A stretch of 64,000 bases of DNA from an uncultured Acidimicrobiia bacterium (GTDB lineage Bacteria > Acidobacteriota > Terriglobia > Versatilivoradales > Versatilivoraceae): the NCBI GenBank assembly GCA_963786955.1, contig CAWBAT010000009.1, positions 288,001-352,000 on the forward strand. Direction: 5' to 3'. A model generated the notes under the pieces. The model ran no database searches. It saw only the letters and a program-made list of their open reading frames with translations, and had not been told where the DNA came from. Position numbers and translations under genes: made by a program. This document shows, piece after piece, positions 29,601 through 40,926 of the stretch. Position 1 is the stretch's first letter. The number at the start of each line of letters is the position of its first letter.

Positions 29601-29998
29601 CCTTCGCAACCCAGATCGACAACTGGACCAATGATCCGAGCATTGAAATCAGTGTGAGTCAGGGGAGCCCCCATCTATTGATAAAGTCCACTTCATCTCT
29701 CAACTACCAGTCGACAATCACCGTGGTTAACTTAAGTGATCAACCGAACACTGTCGAGTTCACCGCTCGTCAAGGGGATGATTCGGGAAACGGGGCCGTG
29801 ACCGGATCGCGGACGATGACCATTCCTGCTAATGGATGCTTCGTATCCGACAACGTTCTTCAGTTCATCGGGTCGACGGCGGCCTTCGGCCCGGTCGAAA
29901 TCCAGTCTCTCAACGGAAGCCCGATGCTTGCTGTCTCGCGTGTTTACAGCACGGCCGCAAGAACAAGCGGCTTCTTCATCGCTCAGCCCATTCAATGA
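26654..29998 (+). CDS. Large secreted multidomain protein (NIDO-like region, HExxH metalloprotease, IPT/TIG, four C-terminal beta repeats)
   Basis: Signal peptide; RIAPLLVDLDP; AHESGHRW; PSITGISP...ITGLNF; repeats RSNLGVNN/QSNLSVVN/RTNLGLNN/QSTITVVN; ATGA overlap with the M48 gene. Confidence 0.7.
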   Translation: MICRLLLFCLLWPVITSSLQARPPQPLQQKGHSFCGTYPDRLEHDLRKYKDLRLLRTARSKRMALATVGGSMEDIDNIAVIEDDGTIVTPFNFFDLKGKAVRFTPVAAAGSYRVSIRQADLNPDFGNKLSLIDDDTREFVFSGTLHFPYFGVIYSSVFISSDGNVTFFRGDSDFTERDLSHLNSGPPRIAPLLVDLDPTVGQGAVFVNQLPDRVMITWNAVREWNTFRENTFQLSLFPDGNFEFVFGQISASKGITGFSAGSDLQPLDILDISKEQGAVVTGSVAERFSLQTELDLTAVSKNFYKTHSDSYDQLVMYTNFSWELGNNAFAFEQNIKNETRGIGLGLIDASSQFGSSGNLESFLAMNQLAAYPDDPDKIFLGTNSAVNLLAHESGHRWMAYVHLGPNKLTSLLGRDNEHWSFYFNTQASVMEGNEIRDNGDGSFTTTAATTRYSALDQYLMGFLDPAGFESMFYVTNISGTFQNASSPPAVGVTFRGTRQNFTIDDIIAAEGPRIPDASLAPKILRQAFILVIPQGTTAPQSDIDKLSRIRRRWQQFYFDATNGRGTVETTINAVPLIPSITGISPTYGSTLGNTVLSITGLNFQPGLAVKIGTASATHVVYINSSLIKATTPAGLPGSVSVSVSNPDGAPVVQSSAFTYLTFGPPRVSSNALRIPIAIDNLTYRSNLGVNNPNSGPANVQVKELDSNGLLLRQSPFFTVPAYGYFQKNSILRELEGVSSMTGREGSLVLESDQPIEGYVSLIDNVTDDPSILDGTRSGASQLILLSSANTGPFQSNLSVVNLSPISTNVTITSLNRETGQPQGVPLKNIGVAPYGFVTFQNILEALSISENFGPIEIHSDNGALLTATSQVSGMNKGTGGFFPSLPRNSGSMTEFIPFVVDTETYRTNLGLNNLGSEVAEIQISLMGEDGHLIASNASPILVPPLGLLQINNVIRSLVSQSSDPARSLRQGYLKISSNTPIKAFATQIDNWTNDPSIEISVSQGSPHLLIKSTSSLNYQSTITVVNLSDQPNTVEFTARQGDDSGNGAVTGSRTMTIPANGCFVSDNVLQFIGSTAAFGPVEIQSLNGSPMLAVSRVYSTAARTSGFFIAQPIQ

Positions 29999-30331
29999 AC
30001 GCACCCTACCTTTACTTTCCCCTCTAAAATCGCACGATTTTCTTCTCGATCTGTTTTGTCCTTCCGGCTCTTTGATATCCCATTTCAATCTCACTGAGTT
30101 AGGCCCAAAACAGTGGATCCTAATTTCGGAATTGAGGATTATTCTCCGCTTCTCACTTATCTGACATTAGTACTAAAGGACAATTCACTCTTCAGGAGTG
30201 TGTCTTCTTATCACTTCGATATTACGCCTGTTCAAGGGACAGAGGATTGTTCAAGAATCACAGTGAGGCAAAAGGGCGTCAACTTTTATCTTTTGCCTTT
30301 CGCTCGGCATTTGCGGCTCAACTAACCCGTC

Positions 30332-32891
30332 TCACTGATATCCCCCCTCAACTTTATAACCGAAGTTAACTTTCCCGTGGGGGAAAAGCCTTTGGACCGC
30401 TTTGACGTCGCCTAATGTCTGCACGTGGACGCGATAGCCCGCCGGAACATCGATTTGATAAGTTAATCCATCTGCGGTTTTCTTCCAACGCATATGCACA
30501 AACCCATCGGGAGTGGGAGTGCGACCTTCGCACCAGTCCAGCGTCAGCGGCGTAAAGCGCAGGTGAGCTATTTTGCGAACCATATCCACTTTGTATAGGC
30601 CGAGAATATCCCGATAAAGCGCGGTGACGATGTGCGCCTCAAAAGCATGGTTCATGCTTGCTTCGTTGCTGCTATTCTCCCAAAGGGTTCCGCTGATATC
30701 CGCCATGTAGAGCAAGTTGTCGATGGCCTCGCGCGCCACCTGGTCCGTCAGTCCGGCGCGTGACAGGATATCCTGCCGCATCACATTGCCCATAAATGCA
30801 TTGGAGGGAGGAATATCCGGATAGGCTTTGGTTGAGTGCCGCTTGGGGCCGAACTCGTCGCGTAATATAGCCCACAGTTGGGGATGAGTATCCGGAGTGG
30901 CGACGCCGAAGAAGAAGGCGTAATACTGGCAGGTTTCGGTGCGGTTTTGAGTGGGAACGAACTTCCCCTCCTTGAGCACCGCATTATCGACAAAGAAACG
31001 GCCGTCGAAGGCCTGCTGCCTCATGACTTTCCGCAGCGACTCGGCCTGCGCAATGAATTCCGGCAGGTCATACAGCCTTCCCGCCGCCGCGAGTGACGCC
31101 GCGTAGAGCATGTTGGTGGGATAGTTCAAGGGCTGAACGTATTCATTGGATTTCGACCACTCGACAAAAACCCAACCCTTGAGATCATGCAAGAGTCCGT
31201 CGGTATTTTGAAAGGGCCGAAAGTAGTCAAACAGTTTCAACACGCGGGCGCGAAGATCATCCACCATCTGACGGTCGCCGCTGCGTTCGAAATAATCCTC
31301 GAGTTGAAGGATCAGCCAGAGCGGCCATTGGGGTGTAAACTCGCCGCTTCGTTGATCGGCAGGATAGCAGTTCGGGAGCATGCCGTCTGGCAGATTGTCA
31401 AAATGATCCGCCAGCATGTAGTTTTGGAAGAGATTGCGTTCGGCCTTCGTGTGCCCGCACAGAAGGGGCGCGGCGCTTGCAGAAAAAAGCGGGTCGCAAA
31501 GCCAGGGGGCGCGCTCGCGGGTGGGATTGTCCTGGTAGCTATCGATCACGTTGGCGCGGAATACCTCCCGACCCGCGGCGAAGATCCGATTCAAGCGATC
31601 ATCGCTGCAGTGAAAGTCCGCCGTCCAGATATCCGAGGCCGCATACTCGCGAATGAAAATGTTGTCAACCTCGCACTCGCCGCTCAAAACCATCAGCTTG
31701 AGGAATTCCAGGCCGTAAGGCTCAAAGGTCTCAAGGTGGTATTCGCCCGGAGCCAGGGTGTAGGCGAGGACGTTGCAGCACATCAGGCGTTTAAAGTCCA
31801 CGTCGCCGTCTACGAGCGTCTCATCCCAGGTGAAGTAAATTTTGGACGCGGTCTTCACCTTGACATGCGCCCCGAAAAATCCCGGCAGGTTCGTGCCGAA
31901 ATCAAACGTCTTGAATTGGCCCTCTTTGACTACCAGGGGCTCGTTCGGGTCGTAAGGCTGATCGATCCGATTGTTGACCGTGGTTGCGGTCTTTTGCGCT
32001 TCAAGGTAGGGAATCTCGTCCAGATCCGTCCACGCGTATCCCAGCATGTTGGGGCCAATTCGGGCGGCGGAGGGAATCGAGCGGTCGTCCATCAGGCTCT
32101 TCGGCGCTTTGCCGCTCCAATCAAACTCGCCCTCGGCTGCAATCATTTCGGGCTGGCGCTTGCGATAATCCGGATACGGAACCCCTCGATCGATCAATTT
32201 ACGCTGGGGTTGGACGGCGCAGGCAACAGGTTGAAACGCAGCGCCCGCGTGTTCGCGCCAGGCGTTGGATTCGGAATGCAGGTGATAGACCTCGGAGAAC
32301 GTGCGCTGAAACGTGTAGCGCTGAACCTTCTCAATGTGATGGGGAAGAAATTTGGCCTGAAAATGCTCCCCTTCGCCCGCGGTTGAAGCGAGAACCTCAG
32401 ATTCCGTCACGACTTCTGCCTGAAGGAATGACGGCTCGTCCATCACATAATAGGCATTGACATTGTACCCGGCCACTTCCATGGCGACAAAATTTTGCCC
32501 TTCACCAGCAGATCGGTAATATCCCAGAGATCAACGCGGGCATAATTAAGGGGCGCGCGGCCCGGTCCCCAGGCGTGAAATTTTCCATTCAGATAAAGCC
32601 GGTAAAACGTGCAACCAGTCGCACGCAGATAAACGTTTTTCCCGGCGGGGGCTCGAACTCGGCACGGAACCCCACCCTGAGATTCATCTCTTTTTCCCTG
32701 CCCGTGGGCCAGATGGGCTTGCCGGAGCGGAACACAACTTCAGACGAACTTGATGCCATTCCCTGCCCAGTTTTCTCTGTTCCGAAAGCCGGCAAGTTTC
32801 CTGGTGAGGCCAGGGAGGCAAGAGTGGCCGCCACCGAACCACTCAGGAAATTTCTGCGGCTCAGGGATTCTTTCTTCCCGAGGTTCTTCAA
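30332..32891 (-). CDS. GH78 alpha-L-rhamnosidase-like glycoside hydrolase, Tat-exported (frameshifts near 32500-32600)
   Basis: RBS AAAAGGAG, SRRNFL Tat motif; FDFG, DNPTRERAPW, GTLWEN...SMNHA. Confidence 0.78.
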
Positions 32892-33382
32892 GATGAAACT
32901 CCTTTTGGCATAGTCATAGTGCCTGCCTAGTTGCATCAATAAGCGATATTTACCAGGATTTCCATTTTGGCTCCTAGATTGGGCATAGCGTGTCACCCCC
33001 CCAATTCTTAATCCTCCGAAGCGCAGTTTTTCTCCGGGAGCCTTATTTTGCTTCTGCCAAGAGCCAAATTCCACCCACCGGAAAAACCGAAAACCGGGAA
33101 ACTACTTCTTTTCAGTGATTTCCTCAAACAAGCGGACGACTCCAAGAATAAGGCACAAAAAGGGTGTTAAATATGGCTGATAAATGGAAGACATCAGCAA
33201 GAATCTATAGAAAAACGGAAGGATTCGAGGAAAAGAACCAGATAATACTTACACTCCAAGGGTAATTTCTTCACGGTGTGTTTCTCCACCCATTAGGATT
33301 CTACTAACAATAAACGGGTTATTTCCCCCCAGGTGCTGGAGACCGGCGTGCATGTTGGCTGAAGAACAAGAGAGGAACAGCC

Positions 33383-33502
33383 ATGCAGACACTCTACGAC
33401 CTAATTGGAATGGCCTTTGGAGTTACTATTTCTTTCGAACTTAGCCTTTGGGTCGGTCGCTGGCTGGTTGATTGTTTACTCCGCTTGTTGGCAAAATTCT
33501 GA
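33383..33502 (+). CDS. Putative 39-aa membrane peptide MQTLYDLIGMAFGVTISFELSLWVGRWLVDCLLRLLAKF
   Basis: RBS-like AGAGG before the ATG; hydrophobic; below the ORF track cutoff. Confidence 0.45.
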   Translation: MQTLYDLIGMAFGVTISFELSLWVGRWLVDCLLRLLAKF

Positions 33503-33775
33503 AAGATATGCAGTGTTTACTTTTCTCGATATTGCCAGCCTTCCTGTTCCTGGCTGACGGTGGGGGGGCAGGCCTACAAACCCGAAGCGAGTCTTTTTAA
33601 ACAATGATCTTCCCCCGAGCAGATGGTCGCTGGGTGTCTTAAAAGAGCCTATTCACCCGGAAAAGATCTCGAGTTCAACGGCGATTTGAATCAAAGGTAT
33701 TCTTTCCCGATGAAATAAAACTGATCAAAACAGGCCAATGAACCCGCTTGCCGCATAGAGAAAATCCAAGCTTAT

Positions 33776-34736
33776 TTATAGATTCACGACGTTCTGTGGT
33801 CTTCCTTGCAGAAACGCGGCAACATTGGAAACAGCCACATCCATGAGACGTGAACGGGCCTCGAGAGTCGCCCAGGCGATATGGGGCGTGATCAAACAGT
33901 TTTTTGCAGACAACAGAGGATTATTCTCTCGTGGCGGTTCAATGGAAAGGACATCAAGTCCAGCGCCAGCAATCACGCCGGTGTTTAAGGCATCCGCCAA
34001 GTCCTGCGCTTTCACCAGAGGCCCTCGAGAAGAATTGATCAAGAAGGCTGTCGGTTTCATCAGCCGGAGACGTTCTGTGTTGATCATTCCTTCAGTGTCT
34101 GGGAACAAGGGACAATGGAGGGTGATGACATCGGCTTTTTGCAGCAACTCTTCCAAGGAAACCCAGGAAAAATGATTCAGTGGTCGGCGGTTCTCCTTGG
34201 ATACTGTCAAAGGCCAGAATTTCCATTCCAAAGGCATCGGCAATCTTAGCGACCTGCCTTCCAATCCGCCCAAATCCGACGATGCCCATCACTTTGCCTG
34301 CCAATTCCTTCAGTGGAGAGAGCCAGAAGCACCAATCCGCACTGCGTGACCATGCCCCTGATCGAACCGCGTCACTATGGACTCTGACGTTGTGACATAA
34401 CTCCAACAGCAGGGCGAAAGCAAACTGCGCGACCGAAGCCGTTCCATAGGTAGGAATGTTGGTAACCAGAATCTTCCTTTCCTTAGCGGCCTGCACATCC
34501 ACAATATTGTACCCTGTCGCCATGACCCCGATATAGCGGAGCAACGTGAGCTGGCTAATGGATGCTGCGGTTAAGGGAGTCTTATTGGTCAAGATTAGAT
34601 TCTGCTCCTTGACTCCGCTCCACGACCAAATCCGACGGGGTTCTATCGTAAACTTTACGTTGACAATTTTTTCCAAGGCCTTCCAGGACAAATCACCCGG
34701 GTTTAAGGCATAGCCGTCCAATACGACAAGATTCAT
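33776..34736 (-). CDS. D-2-hydroxyacid dehydrogenase (glycerate dehydrogenase-like), frameshifted
   Basis: LDGYALNPGDLSW, GIVGFGRIG, LHCPL, INSSRG, AGLDVLSIEPP, TPHIAW split across frames. Confidence 0.9.
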
Positions 34737-34938
34737 ACTCGCACTCCTCCTTGTTCACTAAGTTGAAATGTCTATTTTATTCAATTGCTTTGTACTCGTT
34801 TTCAATCATTTCCAGCATGTTCCCACATGGCAATTCCCGTGAGTTTGGATCATAATGGGGGTGCGCGGCAAGAGCTTTGATTCGATGAAGTCTTGCTTCT
34901 CCAGTATAGCGACAATCATTTCAGAAGGCATTTGGCCT

Positions 34939-37900
34939 GTGCAACGGATTACGATTCGAACACTCCTCTTTCTCGTCTTGACCTCATTTGCGGGTGGGTT
35001 TTCTATTTTCCATGAAAATTTTGCCAGCTTTGCGAATTCTTTAGACGGTTCAGTCCAAGACAATTGATTTCGTGAAACAGGTTCAACCCATTCTCAATGC
35101 TCACTGTATCCGCTGTCATGGAGCCGCTGTTCAGATGGGACAACTCCGGTTGGACTCCAGGCAACTGGTGACCCAAGGAGGGATCTCCGGAAAAGCGCTG
35201 GTACCCGGCAAGAGTGTGGATAGCCTTCTGCTCCAGCGGATCCAGGGGCAGGAGGACAAAGCACGCATGCCGCTCGACTCTGAGCCCTTAAAGGACGAGC
35301 AAATCCAGCTTATCCGTGACTGGATCGATCAAGGAGCTCCCTGGCCAGAGGAAGCTTCAGTAGCGGATGCTAAAATCTCAACCCATTGGGCCTACCGCAA
35401 ACCGGTGAGACCCGATCTGCCCAGTGTGAAGAATTCTTCCTGGGTCCGCAATCCTATTGACAGTTTTGTCCTGGACAGGCTTGAAAAGGAGGGGCTGCGC
35501 CCTTCTCCGGAGGCGTCTAAAGAGGTGCTGCTCCGCCGCGTCACCCTCGACATCACTGGCCTCCCTCCTACGATCCAGGAGATTGAAGCGTTCCTGGCGG
35601 ACTCCAGCAAAGACGCATACAGCAAGGTTGTGGACCGATTGCTGGCCTCTCCTCATTATGGCGAGCGCTGGGCGCGACCGTGGCTCGACCTGGCGCGTTA
35701 TGCCGATACCAATGGGTATGAAAAAGATGCACGTAGAACAATGTGGCCTTATCGAGATTGGGTCATCAATGCCTTAAACAAAGACATCCCTTTCACCGAA
35801 TTCACAATTGAGCAGTTAGCTGGCGACTTATTGCCAGGAGCTAGTCCCGAACAGAAGATTGCGACGGGGTTTCATCGCAATACCATGACCAACGAGGAAG
35901 ATGGTGTTGATAAGGAAGAAGCCCGTTGGATGCAGATTGTGGATCGAGTCAACACAACAGCAACGGTTTGGCTGGGAACTACCCTGGGCTGCGCTCAATG
36001 TCATAATCACAAATATGACCCATTTACCCAGAAGGATTACTACCGCATTTTCGCATTTTTTGAAAATTCCGAATACCGCTTGGATGGAGTCGGGACTAGC
36101 CATGTGAAACTCGTGGAGCCCATTCTGGAGTTGCCGGATCCGGAGAATGCGGCGCGCCGTAAGGCATTGACTGAGGAGATCGCTCATACAGAAGAAAGGC
36201 TGACCACCCAGACCCACGAATTGGACACAGCCCTGGAACTCTGGGAGAACCAAGAGTCGCCGAAACAAGCTGCCTGGCATAACCTGGAGCCCGCCCAGTT
36301 CACTTTTAGTGGTAGTGCCTATTTTTGGCCGGCGGAAAATAAGTCCCTGCTCGTGGCGACTTGGTCGGAGAAAGTAAACTACACTTTGGTTATCCCCACT
36401 TCGCTCAGCAGAATCACGGCCTTCCAGCTGGAGGTTCTTCCTGACCCTTCTCTTCCGGCACTGGGGCCCGGCCTTCACAGAGACGGGAATTTCGTGCTGA
36501 CCTCCTTTAAAGTCGAATTGGCGCAGAAAGGGAAACCCAACGCACCGATCACACTCATCAATCCTCAGGCCGATTTCTCGCAGCCCGGTTTCGCGATTTC
36601 CGGGGTGCTCGATGATAATCCCGAAACGGGCTGGTCGATTGCGCCCCAAACAGGAAAAGCACATCACGCCGTGATTCAAACAGCCTGTCCGCTGGAAATC
36701 CCAGCGGGCGCTTCACTTATCTTCACTTTGGGGCACCAGTACCCTTCCGATTTCGCAGCTATCGGCCGCTTTCGTCTTTCGGCGTCAACAATCCCCGGGG
36801 TTCTCCCCGCGCAACCTCTTCCTGATGAGATACGCGAGATTCTCACCTTCACCCGAGATCATCGTACCCCGACAGAAAAGAAACAGCTGGAAACCTATTA
36901 CCGATCCATCTCCCCTTTACTCCAAGCGGAAAGAGATCGCTTGGCCCAATTGAAGAAGACCCTGCAGGAAATCCAGCCTATCACGGCGCTCGTTATGCAG
37001 GAAAAAGCATCCTCCGACAACCCTGCAACGTTCTTGCGGATCAAAGGGGCCTATTTAAGCAAGGGAGAAAGAGTAGAGGCTGGAGTCCCGGCATCCCTTC
37101 ATCCGTTAGCGGGGAACCTCTCACCGAATCGTTTCGCACTCGCCCGCTGGCTCGTGGATGAAGAGAATCCACTCGTTGCGCGTGTCACCGTCAACCGTTT
37201 ATGGGAGCAGGTCTTTGGTCGGGGCATCGTCGAGACCACGGAGGATTTTGGGACCAAAGGCGACAAGCCATCCCATCCGGAATTGCTCGATTGGCTGGCC
37301 ACCGAGTTCGTGCGTCAGGGGTGGAGCTTGAAGGCAATCCTGCGGGTCATCGTGACTTCGGCAACCTATCGACAGTCTTCACAGATTTCGCCGGAATGGC
37401 TGGAAAGGGACCCCTATAACAAGCTGCTCGCCCGCGGGCCGCGATTTCGATTAGAGGCCGAGATGATTCGAGACACGGCCCTGGCTGCCAGCGGTTTACT
37501 GAGCCTCAGGGTGGGAGGACCCAGCGTATTTCCCTATCAACCGGAAGGGATCTGGTCTCTGCCCTACAATCCGGACAAGTGGGTGAACGACGAAGGAGAA
37601 AACCGCTACCGACGGGGAATCTACACTTTTTGGCGCCGGACAGTTCCCTATCCGAGTTTCATCTCCTATGACGCAACCAGCCGAGAATTTTGTACGGCCC
37701 GTCGTATCCGAACAAGCACGCCTCTGCAGGCCCTCACCTCCTTGAACGACCCGGCTTTTTTTGAAGCCGCCCAAGCCCTGGCGCGACGATTGATCAAAGA
37801 GGGAGGACCGGACGCTCAATCGCGTATTCGTTATGGCTACCAATTGTGCACGGCTCGTAAACCGGACCCGCTTGCCGTCGACTCTTTGATGGAACTTTAC

Positions 37901-38062
37901 CAGCAGGAAGTAAATCGTTATAGCCGGGATCCTCGAGCCGCCAGCCAGGTCGCAGGGGCAAAGCTGGAAAACATGCAAAGCCCGGAGCTCTCGAAGTTAG
38001 CGGCACTAACTGTCATTTCAAACGTTCTTTTCAATTTAGATCAGGCGCTAACGAAAGACTGA
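34939..38062 (+). CDS. PSD1/DUF1549/DUF1553 planctomycete-type cytochrome c domain protein (frameshift near 35055)
   Basis: [52 protein letters not shown]; signal peptide in the upstream frame. Confidence 0.9.
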
Positions 38063-38191
38063 ATCATCAGAAAAAGTGGAGGCTGATTCAAACCAGTCTT
38101 CGAAATGAATGATACTCAGTTGTCATCAATTGGATCCAGAGAGTCGAGGGAACCCCTCCAGCGGAAGAGAATTCAGACTGTCACCGTTTGA

Positions 38192-39685
38192 ATGCAACTG
38201 GGAATGAGATCGGAGTCGAGATTGATGAGAAGAACAAACACAGCTCTTCAGAAAATTACACGGCGGCATTTTTTTCTGAACACAGGTTTCGGCATCGGGG
38301 GTATGGCACTTTCCTGCCTCTCCAATCTTAGCCTCCGGGCGGAATCATCGGGGCAGCCAATCTTGCCCATCAATCCTCTTGCCCCAAAGCCGCCACAATT
38401 TGCCCCGAAAGCCAAGAACATCATTTATCTGTTTATGGCCGGGGCGCCCTCGCAACTGGATCTCCTGGATTACAAGCCAAAGCTCAATGAGTTAAATGGA
38501 CAGAAAATCCCGGACGAGTTTGTCAAAGGAGAACGCTTCGCATTCATCAAGGGAAGTCCCAAGCTGTTGGGGTCGCCCCACTCGTTCCAACGCTACGGGC
38601 AATCCGGTGCAGAAGTTTCCAATCTCATGCCTCAGCTTGCGACGATTGTCGATGACATCGCTGTGGTCAAGTCGATGTATACCGATCATTTCAATCATGC
38701 CCCGGCCCAGATTTTCCTGAATACCGGAGCTCAAGTTCCCGGCCGCCCGAGCTTGGGCGCTTGGCTTACCTACGGCATTGGCAGCCTGAACAGGGACCTC
38801 CCTGGTTTTGTGGTGCTTCTTTCCGGTGAAAACAATCCCGACGGGGGCAAGACTTGCTGGGGGAGCGGTTTCCTGCCTGCCACTTATCAAGGAGTCGAAT
38901 TTCGATCGAAAGGAGACCCCGTCTTGTTTCTTTCGAATCCCGAAGGGATGCGCCCAGAGGACCGCCGTCGCTCTTTGGACACGCTCCGAAGACTGAATCA
39001 TCAAGAATTCGAAGAGGTTGGAGATCCTGCGATTCAAGCCCGAATCGCCTCTTACGAGCTATCTTATCGAATGCAGTCGAGCGTGCCGGAGCTCATGGAA
39101 ATTTCTAAAGAACCCAGAGCCATCCATGACATGTACGGGACGGAGCCGGGGAAGGCCACCTTTGCAAATAACTGCCTCTTGGCCCGGAGGCTGGTCGAGC
39201 GCGGAGTTCGTTTTGTCCAGCTTTATCACCGGGGCTGGGACCATCACGGTGAGATTCAAAACAAAGATATTGTCACGGGGCTCCAACAGCTATGCCGGCA
39301 AACCGATCAGGCAGCAGCAGCGCTGGTTCGCGACCTCAAGCAGCGCGGTTTACTGGAAAGCACTTTAGTAGTCTGGGGAGGCGAGTTTGGCCGAACTCCG
39401 ATGAATGAGGAACGGGACGGCTCGAAGTTTCTGGGACGAGACCATCACGCCAAAGCGTTCAGCATCTGGCTGGCTGGAGGAGGAATCCAGTCAGGCATCA
39501 CGCTGGGTCAAACGGATGAGTTTGGTTACAATATCGTAGAAGATCCTGTGCATGTGCACGACTTGCACGCCACGATTCTTCACTTGATGGGATTAGACCA
39601 TACAAAATTAACGTATCGCTTCCAAGGACGCGATTTTCGACTGACCGATATCCACGGGAATGTCATCCAGAAGCTGCTGGCATGA
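38192..39685 (+). CDS. DUF1501 family protein, Tat-exported
   Basis: [44 protein letters not shown]. Confidence 0.92.
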   Translation: MQLGMRSESRLMRRTNTALQKITRRHFFLNTGFGIGGMALSCLSNLSLRAESSGQPILPINPLAPKPPQFAPKAKNIIYLFMAGAPSQLDLLDYKPKLNELNGQKIPDEFVKGERFAFIKGSPKLLGSPHSFQRYGQSGAEVSNLMPQLATIVDDIAVVKSMYTDHFNHAPAQIFLNTGAQVPGRPSLGAWLTYGIGSLNRDLPGFVVLLSGENNPDGGKTCWGSGFLPATYQGVEFRSKGDPVLFLSNPEGMRPEDRRRSLDTLRRLNHQEFEEVGDPAIQARIASYELSYRMQSSVPELMEISKEPRAIHDMYGTEPGKATFANNCLLARRLVERGVRFVQLYHRGWDHHGEIQNKDIVTGLQQLCRQTDQAAAALVRDLKQRGLLESTLVVWGGEFGRTPMNEERDGSKFLGRDHHAKAFSIWLAGGGIQSGITLGQTDEFGYNIVEDPVHVHDLHATILHLMGLDHTKLTYRFQGRDFRLTDIHGNVIQKLLA

Positions 39686-39809
39686 GTACTCTCTTTTCAC
39701 AACAGCCTGGAGGGCGCCCTGAAAAGAGATGCCGGCTCGGGGACTTTGCTTGCAATCATCAGGCCGTCCGAAATGGTTGACGTGCTCTAGGTTTCCCGAA
39801 AGGGGTTCT

Positions 39810-40793
39810 TCAGTAAACTCCTTCCTCCATCAAGCGCTTGACTTCAGGTAGGTCTCGCGTCTGACCGAGGACAACCATCAGCTTGATCCGCGCCTTTAAG
39901 CCGGGTAAGAAGCCTGCAAAAATGACGCCCCGCTTGCGCAAATCTCTCCCACTGCCTTCATATCCGTAGGTATCCAATACCCGGCCTTGAGGACACCGGG
40001 TCGCGATGACGACGGGAATGCCCTGGTCGATGGCAGTTTGAATTCCAAGAAGAACCTGGGGTGGCACATTTCCGCGCCCCGTACCCTCGATGACCAGCCC
40101 GTTCGCACCCCCTTCGATAACCCAGCGTACGAGTCGATCATCACTGCCTGCTACCATCTTCAGGAGGTCCACGCGCGGTTCAATGCGCTCTGCGAGGAAA
40201 CTTTGTCTTCGAACGATCTGCCGCATCCAAAGAATACGGTCCTGATCCACGATTCCCAAAGGGCCAAAGTTCGGGCTCTGAAATGTATTCAATGATTCGC
40301 TGTGGGTCTTGGTGGCTTCTGAGGCAGCCAGAATCTGCCCATTCATGACGACTAATACTCCCTGAAGAGCCGGCTTCCCCTCCAGAACCACGCGAACTGC
40401 AGCTTTCAAATTAGCAGGCCCATCCCATCCCAACTCAGAACTGTTTCGCATGGCTCCGACAATTGCCACAGGCTTTGAAGTCCGGAGACGCAGGTCGAGC
40501 AGGAAAGCGGTCTCCTCGAGCGTATCGGTCCCATGGGTGATGACCACTCCATGAACATCCTTCCGCCCGAGTTGCTGATTCAAGACCTCTGAAAGCTCGA
40601 ACATGAGTTCGGGTGTCACGTGTGGCCCGGGAAGCCTGGAGAAATCCACGATTTCACAATTGCAGAGCTGGTCTAACCCCGGAACAAAGGAAAGGATTTC
40701 TTCGCCGGAAAGAACAGGAATGGCGACACCCAATTCCGGGTCAATCTTCATGGAGATCGTACCGCCAGTGAAAAGGAATAGGACTTTTTTCAT
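39810..40793 (-). CDS. L-asparaginase
   Basis: FTGGTISM, THGTDTLEETA, GAMR. Confidence 0.93.
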   Translation of the reverse strand: MKKVLFLFTGGTISMKIDPELGVAIPVLSGEEILSFVPGLDQLCNCEIVDFSRLPGPHVTPELMFELSEVLNQQLGRKDVHGVVITHGTDTLEETAFLLDLRLRTSKPVAIVGAMRNSSELGWDGPANLKAAVRVVLEGKPALQGVLVVMNGQILAASEATKTHSESLNTFQSPNFGPLGIVDQDRILWMRQIVRRQSFLAERIEPRVDLLKMVAGSDDRLVRWVIEGGANGLVIEGTGRGNVPPQVLLGIQTAIDQGIPVVIATRCPQGRVLDTYGYEGSGRDLRKRGVIFAGFLPGLKARIKLMVVLGQTRDLPEVKRLMEEGVY

Positions 40794-40926
40794 AGCAAAC
40801 CTTCACCCTCAGTGCGAGATTTTCTGGCAAAATAACTTAAATCAACTCACCATACTTTGTCGCAAAGTTTTCTCATTCTCTTACACAGCATGTCTCATTT
40901 GTCATCGTTCATTTTGCATTTATCTT

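Noticed and set aside
31187-32386. 399-aa + strand ORF
   Set aside because: Antisense shadow of the GC-rich GH78 gene.
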